A stretch of 64,000 bases of DNA from a bacterium (GTDB lineage: Bacteria; JADJOY01). This document shows positions 55,952 to 64,000 of this stretch, one piece after another. The DNA lies in NCBI GenBank assembly GCA_046331705.1, contig JAXLQJ010000015.1, forward strand, positions 62,001-126,000, given 5' to 3'. Made by a program: the position numbers and the translations under genes. The notes under the pieces were generated by a model, which saw only the letters and a program-made list of their open reading frames with translations, had not been told where the DNA came from and made no database searches. Within the stretch, counting starts at the first letter, position 1; every line of letters starts with the position of its first letter.

Positions 55952-58435
55952 TCAACGCGAGAGGTCGACCCTCCGCAGCCGCAGCGCGTTCGAGATCACC
56001 GAGAACGAGCTCAAGCTCATGGCCGCGGCTGCCAGCATCGGGCTCAAGAGCAAGCCCAGCCACGGATAGAGCACGCCTGCTGCCACCGGTATTCCCAGCG
56101 CGTTGTAGGCGAAGGCGAAGGCGAGGTTCTGGCGGATGTTGCGCATGGTCGCACGCGACAGCCGCAGCGCGCGCACGATTCCGCCGAGATCGCCCTTCAC
56201 CAGCGTGACTCCGGCGCTCTCGATCGCGACGTCGGTACCGGTTCCCATGGCGATGCCCACGTCGGCGGCCGCCAGCGCGGGCGCGTCGTTGATGCCATCG
56301 CCTGCCATGGCGACCACGCGGCCCGCAGCGCGCAACCGCGCGACGACGTCGGCCTTGCCGTCCGGCGCCACCTCGGCCTCGACGCGCTCGATGCCGAGGC
56401 GCCTTGCGATGGCGGTGGCGTTCACGCGCCGGTCGCCAGTGAGCATCAGGATCTCGATGCCTTCTCGGCGGAGGTTGCGGAGTGCGGCGGGCGTCGTGGC
56501 CTTGATGGGATCGGCGATGGCGATCAGCCCGCGCACGTCACCATCCGTGATCACGTAGACGACGGTGGCGCCTTCGCCCCGCAGTTGCTCGGCGCGCGCG
56601 GTCAGGTCGCCGGCATCTGCGCCCACACGCGCCAACATGCGCTCGTCGCCGACGGCGACGTTCACGCTGGCGGCTTCGCCCGTGACGCCTGCTCCCGGAA
56701 TCGCCGCGAACGCGCGCACCGGTGCGACCGGGACGCCGCGTTCCTTGGCCGCGGCCACGATCGCTGCGGCGAGGGGATGCTCGCTCGCGCTCTCGAGCGC
56801 CGCCGCCCACGCCAGCACTTGGTCTTCGCCGTCGTCACCGTTGCTCGCGATCTCGGTCACCCGCGGCTTGCCCTCGGTGAGGGTGCCGGTCTTGTCGATC
56901 ACCAGCGTGTCGATGCGCGCCAGGCGTTCGAGGGCCTCGGCGTTGCGGACCAGGATGCCGTTCGAGGCACCGCGGCCGGTCCCCACCATGATCGACATCG
57001 GAGTCGCGAGTCCGAGGGCACACGGGCAAGCGATGATGAGCACCGACACGGCACTCACCAGGGCGTGAACGAGACGCGGCTCCGGACCGATCGCGAGCCA
57101 AACCGCGAAGGCCACCAGCGCCGCCACCACCACGGCTGGCACGAACACCGCCGAGACCCGGTCGGCGATCTGCTGCACCGGCGCCCGGCTGCGTTGGGCC
57201 TCGCCGACGAGCCGCACGATCCGCGCGAGCAGCGTGTCGCTGCCCACGTGCTCGGCACGCATCACGAAGCTGCCGGTGGTGTTGAGGGTGCCGCCGGTGA
57301 CACGATCGCCGCGTGCTTTCTCGACCGGGATGGCTTCGCCCGTCACCATCGATTCGTCGACGGCGCTGAGACCGTCGGCGACGACGCCGTCCACGGGCAC
57401 GCGCTCGCCAGGGCGAACCCGCAGGAAATCCCCAGGCACGATGGTGGCGAGCGGCACATCGGCTTCGGACCCGCCGTCGTCCACGCGGCGGGCGATGGGC
57501 GGAGCGAGGTTCAAGAGCGCGCGGATCGCGTCGCCAGTACGGCGCCGCGCACGCAGCTCCAGCACTTGACCGAGCAGCACCAGGGTCACGATCACCGCGG
57601 CGGATTCGAGGTAGATCGGCACCTGGCCGCCGTGACCCGTTCGCAGCGACTCGGGAAAGAGACCCGGCGCCACCAGTGCCAGCAGGCTCGTGCCGTAGGC
57701 CGCGCCGGTGCCGATGGCGATGAGCGTGAACATGTTGGCGGCGCGGTGGCGGAGCGAGACCCACGCGCGCTGGAAGAACGGCCAGCCGCACCACAGCACC
57801 ACGGGCGTGGCGAGGGCGAGCTCGAGCCAGCGTGCGAAAGGACTCGTGAGGGCGTGGGTGAGCGCCGGCACCATCTCGCCCATGGCGATCGCGAACACCG
57901 GCAGCGTGAGCGCGGCAGCGACTCGCAATCGTCGCGTCATGTCCACGAGCTCGGGGTCGGGCGCTTCACTCACTGCGGCAACACGCGGCTCGAGCGCCAT
58001 GCCGCAGATCGGGCAAGCGCCGGGCCGATCGGAGACCACCTCGGGATGCATCGGGCACACGTACTCGGTGCGGGTGGTGGGAGACGCGGGCTCGACGGGT
58101 TGCAGCGCCATTCCACATTTCGGGCACGTCGACGGGCCGACGCTGGTGATGCCCGGACACATCGGGCAGAAGTGCTCGCCCGAGCCTGCGACCGGCCCCG
58201 TGCTCGCCGCGACGGGCTCGGCGCCGTGGTGGTGCGCGTGGTCCTGGTGGGGCTCGTGCGCGGCGCCGTGCGCGCCGGGGCGGGCGTTGGCGCGCGCGAG
58301 CGCCCCTTCCGGATCTTCCTGGAACTTGTTCCGGCACCACTCGCTGCAGAACCAATAGGTGGTGCCGCCGTGGTCGTGGCGCAGCGTCGACGTCGCGGGA
58401 TCGACGTCCATGTCGCAGATCGGATCCTTGGCCAT
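55952..58435 (-). CDS. copA: Cu(I)-translocating P1B-type ATPase with N-terminal YHS and CPMHP domains
   Basis: [57 protein letters not shown]. Confidence 0.95.
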   Translation of the reverse strand: MAKDPICDMDVDPATSTLRHDHGGTTYWFCSEWCRNKFQEDPEGALARANARPGAHGAAHEPHQDHAHHHGAEPVAASTGPVAGSGEHFCPMCPGITSVGPSTCPKCGMALQPVEPASPTTRTEYVCPMHPEVVSDRPGACPICGMALEPRVAAVSEAPDPELVDMTRRLRVAAALTLPVFAIAMGEMVPALTHALTSPFARWLELALATPVVLWCGWPFFQRAWVSLRHRAANMFTLIAIGTGAAYGTSLLALVAPGLFPESLRTGHGGQVPIYLESAAVIVTLVLLGQVLELRARRRTGDAIRALLNLAPPIARRVDDGGSEADVPLATIVPGDFLRVRPGERVPVDGVVADGLSAVDESMVTGEAIPVEKARGDRVTGGTLNTTGSFVMRAEHVGSDTLLARIVRLVGEAQRSRAPVQQIADRVSAVFVPAVVVAALVAFAVWLAIGPEPRLVHALVSAVSVLIIACPCALGLATPMSIMVGTGRGASNGILVRNAEALERLARIDTLVIDKTGTLTEGKPRVTEIASNGDDGEDQVLAWAAALESASEHPLAAAIVAAAKERGVPVAPVRAFAAIPGAGVTGEAASVNVAVGDERMLARVGADAGDLTARAEQLRGEGATVVYVITDGDVRGLIAIADPIKATTPAALRNLRREGIEILMLTGDRRVNATAIARRLGIERVEAEVAPDGKADVVARLRAAGRVVAMAGDGINDAPALAAADVGIAMGTGTDVAIESAGVTLVKGDLGGIVRALRLSRATMRNIRQNLAFAFAYNALGIPVAAGVLYPWLGLLLSPMLAAAAMSLSSFSVISNALRLRRVDLSR

Positions 58436-58758
58436 GGCACTCAGTGTAGTGGTTGCAGGCCAGGCCGCCGTCGAGCGGTGCTGCGATGGGTGGGACGGCG
58501 GTGGGTTCGTTGGCTGCGCGTACGTTCGTTGCACGATTCGTCTCCTCTTCTCGAATGGGGGTGCGGCGCCTCGGCAAGCGCCTTCGCCGGGGCTCGTGCA
58601 GGCAGACGCGCGAGCGTCCGGCGCCTTACAGCCGCGCATCGCGATCGCGCGCCGAACGATCGCCGCGCGATCTCCGCGCGCGGCATCCATTGCGACGGAT
58701 CGGAAAATGTGCCACCCCAAGGCGCTCGGCGATGGCATCCGCAGCGAGGAGCGAACCA

Positions 58759-59409
58759 ATGAAGATCGCGGTGTTGGGCGGGACGGGGAAGATCGGCTTC
58801 GGCCTCGCGATGCGCTGGGCGCGCGCCGGGGAGCACGTCACCATCGGCTCGCGTGCCGCCGAGAAGGCAGCGACGGCCGCCGCGGAAGCGACCGAGAAGG
58901 CGGGCGCCACGGTGCACGGCGCCGCGAATCGCGACGCGGCATCGGCCGCCGACGTGGTGGTGCTCGCGGTGCCGTACGAAGCGCAAGCCGGCACCCTCGC
59001 GGACGTGAAGGACGCCGTGCAAGGCAAGCTCTTCATCACGGCCGTGAACCCCGTGGATCCGGCGCGGCTCCACGTGGCCATCCTGCCGCCCGAGGGCTCG
59101 GCCACCGAGCAGGCGCAGCGCCAGCTCGGCGCCGGCGTGAAGGTCGTCGCCGCGTTCCAGACCGTGCCTTCGTTCGTGGCGCGGGAGTTCAAGATCCCCT
59201 ACGAGGGCGACGTGCTGGTGTGCGGCGACGACGCCGGCGCCAAGGAGGCGACCCGCGCGCTGGTGGAGAAGGCGGGTTTTCGCGCGTTCGACGCGGGGCC
59301 GATCGCGAACGCGTACGTGGTCGAGGGGCTCGTCTCGCTCAGCCTGGCGATCAAGAAGGTGCATCCGTTGAAGCGGCTCGGCTTCCGCGTGGTGGGCGCG
59401 CCGACCTGA
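58759..59409 (+). CDS. npdG: NADPH-dependent F420 reductase family protein
   Basis: [64 protein letters not shown]. Confidence 0.85.
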   Translation: MKIAVLGGTGKIGFGLAMRWARAGEHVTIGSRAAEKAATAAAEATEKAGATVHGAANRDAASAADVVVLAVPYEAQAGTLADVKDAVQGKLFITAVNPVDPARLHVAILPPEGSATEQAQRQLGAGVKVVAAFQTVPSFVAREFKIPYEGDVLVCGDDAGAKEATRALVEKAGFRAFDAGPIANAYVVEGLVSLSLAIKKVHPLKRLGFRVVGAPT

Positions 59410-59417
59410 GGCCCGCC

Positions 59418-60395
59418 GTGGACGGCGCCCAGCGCGAGTGGCCGCCGGGGTACTGGTACCCGATCCTCGACTCGCGCGCGCTGGGCTCGCGGCCGCTTCA
59501 CCTCGAGCGTTTCGGCCGCGCGCTCGTGTTGTGGCGCGATCGCGCGGGCCGCGCCGTCGCGTTTCCCGCGGCGTGCCCGCATCGCGGCGCCGATCTCGGC
59601 CAGGGGCGGGTGGTCGAGGGTGCGCTCGAATGCCCGTTCCACGGCTTCCTGTGGGACGCGACGGGGCGTTGCGTTCGCGTTCCGTGTGAAGGCCGTGACG
59701 CGGTGATCTCTAAGCGCCTCGACGCCAAGCTGCTCCCGCTTCGCGAGGCGCACGACCTCCTCTGGCTCTGGTGGGGCGAGGAACGCGACGCGCTACCGGA
59801 CCCGCCCTGGTTCGACGGCCTGCCGGCGAGCTGCGCGGGCAGCTCCACCACGAGCTACGTCTGGCGCTTGTCGCTGGCGCGCATGATGGAGGCGGTGCTC
59901 GACCTGCACCATTTCCCCGTGCTTCATCGGCGCTGGTCGCTCGGCATCGGCCGGCGGCTCGATCCCTACCGGGCGCTTATCGAGGGCGACGAGATCCGGG
60001 TCGAGGCGACGCTGCGTCCCGATCCCGCGGACCCGGCGGGCGGCACGAAGACCCAGGAGTTTCGGACCCGCATCGCGTTCCCGAGCGTGATGCTCTCCGA
60101 GGTCCAGGTGCCGGTGCTGGTGGTGTGCTGCCCGATCGATCCCGAGCACGTGTGGCTTCATCTGCGTTTCTATCCGCGGCTCGGCGCGCCGCCCGTGCTC
60201 GGCGGGATCTTCTCGTGGCTGCTCATGTGGGCCGAGAAGCTCTTCATCTTCCCCGCCGACCTCGAGGTGATGCTCGCCACCGAGCCGCGTCGCGACGGCG
60301 CCGACGTCAACGTGCTGGTGCATTCGGACGGCGCGATCGCGCATTGGTACCGTCTGCGCGAGCGGGCGTTCGCCACCGCGGCGGCCCGAGACTGA
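59418..60395 (+). CDS. Rieske non-haem iron oxygenase alpha subunit
   Basis: WYP, CPHRG..CPFHG Rieske ligands; EAVLDLHHFPVLH mononuclear iron motif. Confidence 0.9.
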   Translation: MDGAQREWPPGYWYPILDSRALGSRPLHLERFGRALVLWRDRAGRAVAFPAACPHRGADLGQGRVVEGALECPFHGFLWDATGRCVRVPCEGRDAVISKRLDAKLLPLREAHDLLWLWWGEERDALPDPPWFDGLPASCAGSSTTSYVWRLSLARMMEAVLDLHHFPVLHRRWSLGIGRRLDPYRALIEGDEIRVEATLRPDPADPAGGTKTQEFRTRIAFPSVMLSEVQVPVLVVCCPIDPEHVWLHLRFYPRLGAPPVLGGIFSWLLMWAEKLFIFPADLEVMLATEPRRDGADVNVLVHSDGAIAHWYRLRERAFATAAARD

Positions 60396-60476
60396 TCCGT
60401 CGGCTGCGCGCCGGCCGTCGCCGCGGTGCGCCGGGCGGCCGTTCCTCGGCCGCCGCGCGCGACGCTGCGCGCGGGA

Positions 60477-61988
60477 TCAGCGGCGCGGCGCGAGCGCCAC
60501 GGCCGGATCCAGCGCGTAGACGCCGCAGCGCGATGCGGCGACCAGCGTCTTGCGCTCGCGATCGTAGAGCACCTCGCGGACCTTGCTGCCGATGTGGGCG
60601 CGCGCCTTCACCGCCCCCGAGCCGCCGTCGATGCGGCGCAGCTCGCCGGTGACGTAGTCGCCGACGACCACGTCGTTCCCGTCGATCCAGTCGAACCACC
60701 ACGTGCCGTAGCCGACGGAGATCTCGCGCTCGAGCGCCAGGGTCTTGGCGCTGAGCACCGCGAGCCGCCCCGGGAACGAGACCGCCATCCAGATCTCGGC
60801 GCCCGACGGCGAGCGCACCACGTCGCGCGCCGGGAAGAGCCACTCGGCGGCGTAGACGCGCTCGAGCCCGTCGTACGACATCGCTTGCCACGTGCAGGTC
60901 GCGGACGCGTTGCCCACCACCACCACGCCAGCGTCGGGCAGCGGCACGATGTGGGACGGCGCGCAGTTGTCGGGAAGGCAGGCCTGGCTCTTCTGCGTGT
61001 CGGGGTACACCGTGCGCAGCTCCGCGGCGCTCGGCATGGGGGCCGCGACGTGGCCGTCGACGCGCTCGAGCGTGCGCGGGTCGATGGCCGCGACACAGCC
61101 CGGCTCGCCCTCGTGGCCGACCAAGAGCCTCCCCGCGCGCTCGTCCCAGGCGAGCCCGAGCGGGCGCGTGAGCGGCACCTCGCCGCGGGCCTCGAAGGTC
61201 GCGCGATCGACGAATCGCACCACGTCCCGGCCCAGCACGGAGACCGCGACGAGGTCGGTGCCGGGTATCGCGAGCGCCTCGACGGCGGGGCGATCCACGA
61301 GCACGCGCCGATCGGCGGGGTGGTCGGGGTCGAGGCGGATGACCGCGTGTCGCAAGCCCAACGCCACCTCCGGCCCGCACGCGACCAGCAAGGTGCGATC
61401 GACGGGATCGAGGGTGATGACGCGCACCACCTGGCATTCGGAGTCGAGCAACGGATCCGGGCTCGGACGTCCGGCCGCGGGCTCGAAGAGCAGCAGCGGG
61501 CGTACGCCGGCTTGCGACGGCACCTCGCTGCACGAGGTCCCCATCCAGCCGGCGTAGGCGCACACGTTGATCGCCAGCGAGACCGCGAAGGTGGACGATA
61601 GCGCGCGGATCGGGCTCGGGAGCCAGCTCGGCGCGCGCGTGATCGCCACCACGATCCACACGGCGGCGAGCGCGGCAGCGACCGTGAGCGGCACGGGCTC
61701 GATGTGCAGCGCCGACCAGATCCCAGGACCCTGGCTCAGCGCCATCACGATGCGATGGACGGAGACGTACCAGGCCATCCAGCGTGCGACGCCAGGCTTG
61801 CGCGCGGCGCCGAACCCGCCCAGCCGATCGAGCGCCACGACGCTCGCGACGTCGAGGGCGGTGATGAGCGCCATGCCGACGAGCAGCCCGCCGCCGCCGA
61901 AGAGCGCTGCAGCGAGCGGGAACCAATGCCAAAGTCCGGTCTCGGCGACGAGCGCCAATCCGCGAAGCACGCGCACGCGCCGAACCAT
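60477..61988 (-). CDS. Hypothetical protein: N-terminal TM helices plus YncE/YVTN-like beta-propeller
   Basis: Hydrophobic N-terminus; repeated blade-like units (VRFVDRATFE, AAIDPRTLE, AVLSAKTLA, RRIDGGSG). Confidence 0.65.
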   Translation of the reverse strand: MVRRVRVLRGLALVAETGLWHWFPLAAALFGGGGLLVGMALITALDVASVVALDRLGGFGAARKPGVARWMAWYVSVHRIVMALSQGPGIWSALHIEPVPLTVAAALAAVWIVVAITRAPSWLPSPIRALSSTFAVSLAINVCAYAGWMGTSCSEVPSQAGVRPLLLFEPAAGRPSPDPLLDSECQVVRVITLDPVDRTLLVACGPEVALGLRHAVIRLDPDHPADRRVLVDRPAVEALAIPGTDLVAVSVLGRDVVRFVDRATFEARGEVPLTRPLGLAWDERAGRLLVGHEGEPGCVAAIDPRTLERVDGHVAAPMPSAAELRTVYPDTQKSQACLPDNCAPSHIVPLPDAGVVVVGNASATCTWQAMSYDGLERVYAAEWLFPARDVVRSPSGAEIWMAVSFPGRLAVLSAKTLALEREISVGYGTWWFDWIDGNDVVVGDYVTGELRRIDGGSGAVKARAHIGSKVREVLYDRERKTLVAASRCGVYALDPAVALAPRR

Positions 61989-62373
61989 ACCAGCGCCTTC
62001 GCCGTGATCCAGGCCGCGTTCGCGAGCCCGCTCTCGCGAGGAGCCGCCGACCCTGGGCGGCGCTTCGCTCGTGGCGCGGCGTCACGCGGCATCGAGTCGC
62101 GTCGAGCTGCGCGTGGATCTACCGTCGAGCTGCGTTGCGACACCGCGCGCCGCTGGGCTAGCATCGCGCCCGACCCCCGTGAACGCGCGTCGCCGTGGCG
62201 GCCCATGCGCACCTCGCCTGCCAAACGACCTTCGACGACTCGGTGCTGCCTTGGACGCGGTGTCGCCGTGACTCCGCGCTCGAACGCGCGGCAGGCCGCC
62301 GCGCGCTCGTCGCGACGTGCTCACGGACCGAGCGCACCCCACCGTGACGGGTGATCCGCAGAGGCGGCGCTCG

Positions 62374-62985
62374 ATGTCCTTCGCGCACCTGCTCCGGTCC
62401 AAGATCGCCGAGCGCGGCTGGCGCGCGATCCTCAAGTACCTCGTCTTGAATCCGCTCGAGATGGCGGCGCGCTGGATTCCGTACTCGCCGATGCGCGTCG
62501 CGGTGATCCGCGCTCTCGGCGCGAACATCGACTTCAGCGTGATGCTCTATCCGGTCGAGTTCCTGAACATCGACATCGGCAGCTTCCGGAACCTCACGAT
62601 CGGCCCGTACTGCCACATCAACAGCCGCGTCATGATCGATCTGCGCGGCCCCGTGACGATCGGCGAGCGGGTGAGCATCGGCGCCGGCACCACGATCCTC
62701 TCGCACGAAGCGGCGCCGCCGCTCTCGCCCATGGCCGACTACATCCCGGAGCGCGTGGCCGGCGTCACGATCGAGCGGGGCGCCTACATCGGCGCGGGCG
62801 CGATCGTGCTGTGCGGCATCACGATCGGCGAGATGGCGGTGGTGGGGGCCGGCGCCGTGGTCACGCGCGACGTGCCGCCGTACACCGTCGTGGGCGGCGT
62901 GCCGGCGCGGGTGCTCGAGCGGCTCGACCCGGCGACCAAGCGTTTCGTGCCGGTGCTGGCGTCGCGCCCCGGACGCGCGGCCTGA
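62374..62985 (+). CDS. Hexapeptide-repeat (LbH) acyltransferase
   Basis: VTIGERVSIGAG, AYIGAGAIVLCGITIGEMAVVGAGAVVTRDVP..VGGVPAR. Confidence 0.9.
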   Translation: MSFAHLLRSKIAERGWRAILKYLVLNPLEMAARWIPYSPMRVAVIRALGANIDFSVMLYPVEFLNIDIGSFRNLTIGPYCHINSRVMIDLRGPVTIGERVSIGAGTTILSHEAAPPLSPMADYIPERVAGVTIERGAYIGAGAIVLCGITIGEMAVVGAGAVVTRDVPPYTVVGGVPARVLERLDPATKRFVPVLASRPGRAA

Positions 62986-63022
62986 CGCCGGATCATCGGC
63001 GACGGCGTGCCGCTCGACCCGC

Positions 63023-64000
63023 TCACGCAGGTTGCGCGGCGCCGAGCAGCACCGGCGTCGGTGCTTGGTGCTGCCCGCTGCCGAAACCGTACGGCCGATT
63101 GGTGAGCAGCGAGAGCAGCTGCGTGAGGCCGTTGAGCAGCGAGCGCGCCGGAACGCGCCTCAAGATCCGCACCAGCCGCCGCGGATGGAAATAGAACCGC
63201 AGGTAGCTCGCGCGGATGAGCTTGCTCAGCGGATAGCCGTAGGCGCGCTCGTACCAGGATTCGGCGTTGTGGTAGTCGCTCGTCTCGGGGAGCGCCTCGA
63301 GGGCGGCGGGATGCTCCCGCATCGCCAGCTCGTAGAGCCCCGTGCCTTTCTGCGGCGAGGGCGTGAAGAAGTAACCGAAGGTGAGACGGCTCGCGAGCGC
63401 CAGCCGAACGGTACGCTCGATCTCCTCGCGGGTCTCGGTCGGGAAGCCGAGCATGAAGAAGCCGCGCACCATCATCCCGCGCCGATCGGCTTGCTCGATG
63501 GCCCACAGCGTCTTGTCGATGTCGAGGTGCTTCTCGACCAGCGTCTGCACGCGCGGGCTGGCGGTCTCGATGGCCACCGACATCGAATAGGTGCCGCCGG
63601 CGGCGAGCGCGTCCAGCACCGGCTCGTCGAGGATGTCGGCGCGCAGCCCCCCCGGCATGGCGAAGTGGAGCCGTCCCGGCCAGCGCTCCGCGGATCCGTA
63701 CATGATCTTCTTGAGCCGCGGGCGATGGAGATTGAAGATGTCGTCGACGATCTGGAGCTCGTCCACGCCGAACGCCTCGTGAAGCCATGCGATCTCGCCG
63801 AGCACGTGCTCGGCGCTGCGATGCCGGAACTTCTTGCCGAACACGTCGTGGCAATAACTGCACTTGTACGGACAACCGCGTGAAGTGAAGAGCGGGGCGT
63901 AGCGGCGCCCCTTGAGCATGCTGTTGATGTTGGGCAAACGCGCGTAGTGATCGAAGTCGACGAGGTCCCACGCGGGGTAGGGAAGCGCGTCGAGGTCGCG
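63023..64000 (-). CDS. Radical SAM protein, probably B12-binding class (3' part; start outside the window)
   Basis: LPYPAWDL, TSRGCPYKCSYC, R.RS, VDDIF, IETAS, FFMLGFPTET. The B12 domain itself is not visible. Confidence 0.9.
   Translation of the reverse strand, partial: RDLDALPYPAWDLVDFDHYARLPNINSMLKGRRYAPLFTSRGCPYKCSYCHDVFGKKFRHRSAEHVLGEIAWLHEAFGVDELQIVDDIFNLHRPRLKKIMYGSAERWPGRLHFAMPGGLRADILDEPVLDALAAGGTYSMSVAIETASPRVQTLVEKHLDIDKTLWAIEQADRRGMMVRGFFMLGFPTETREEIERTVRLALASRLTFGYFFTPSPQKGTGLYELAMREHPAALEALPETSDYHNAESWYERAYGYPLSKLIRASYLRFYFHPRRLVRILRRVPARSLLNGLTQLLSLLTNRPYGFGSGQHQAPTPVLLGAAQPA

Overview
High-GC bacterial DNA. The gene content (Hanks-type kinase, sigma-54 activator, tandem PilT paralogues, long MCP) suggests a Myxococcota/deltaproteobacterial genome, which is an inference. 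The centre of the window is a complete minus-strand type I-E CRISPR-Cas locus: cas3-cas8e-cas11-cas7-cas5-cas6e-cas1-cas2 plus a 26-repeat/25-spacer array at 36200-37728. It is bracketed by two type II toxin-antitoxin modules (phd-vapC beyond the array trailer, RHH-mazF beyond cas3) and faces a stand-alone DEDDh/DnaQ exonuclease. The 3' end of that exonuclease gene is duplicated in decayed form on the far side of the mazEF module, which looks like an integration scar. Other content: a Cu/Ag efflux cluster (Cys-rich ORF, cusC, cusB, a multiply frameshifted cusA, cytochrome c, His-rich periplasmic protein), DmeF and CopA metal transporters, a tandem PilT pair with complementary His-box substitutions, a kinase next to a three-module Zn-ribbon membrane protein, an orphan MCP with a degenerate tip, a sensor-less sigma-54 activator, a DUF11 surface protein, a cell-surface modification cluster (GT39, methyltransferase, SGNH-like, MBOAT), an F420:NADPH reductase next to a Rieske oxygenase, and partial genes at both ends (aldehyde dehydrogenase, radical SAM). 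The indels in cusA and in the CRISPR repeats look like long-read consensus errors. All assignments come from reading motifs by eye; no database searches were run.
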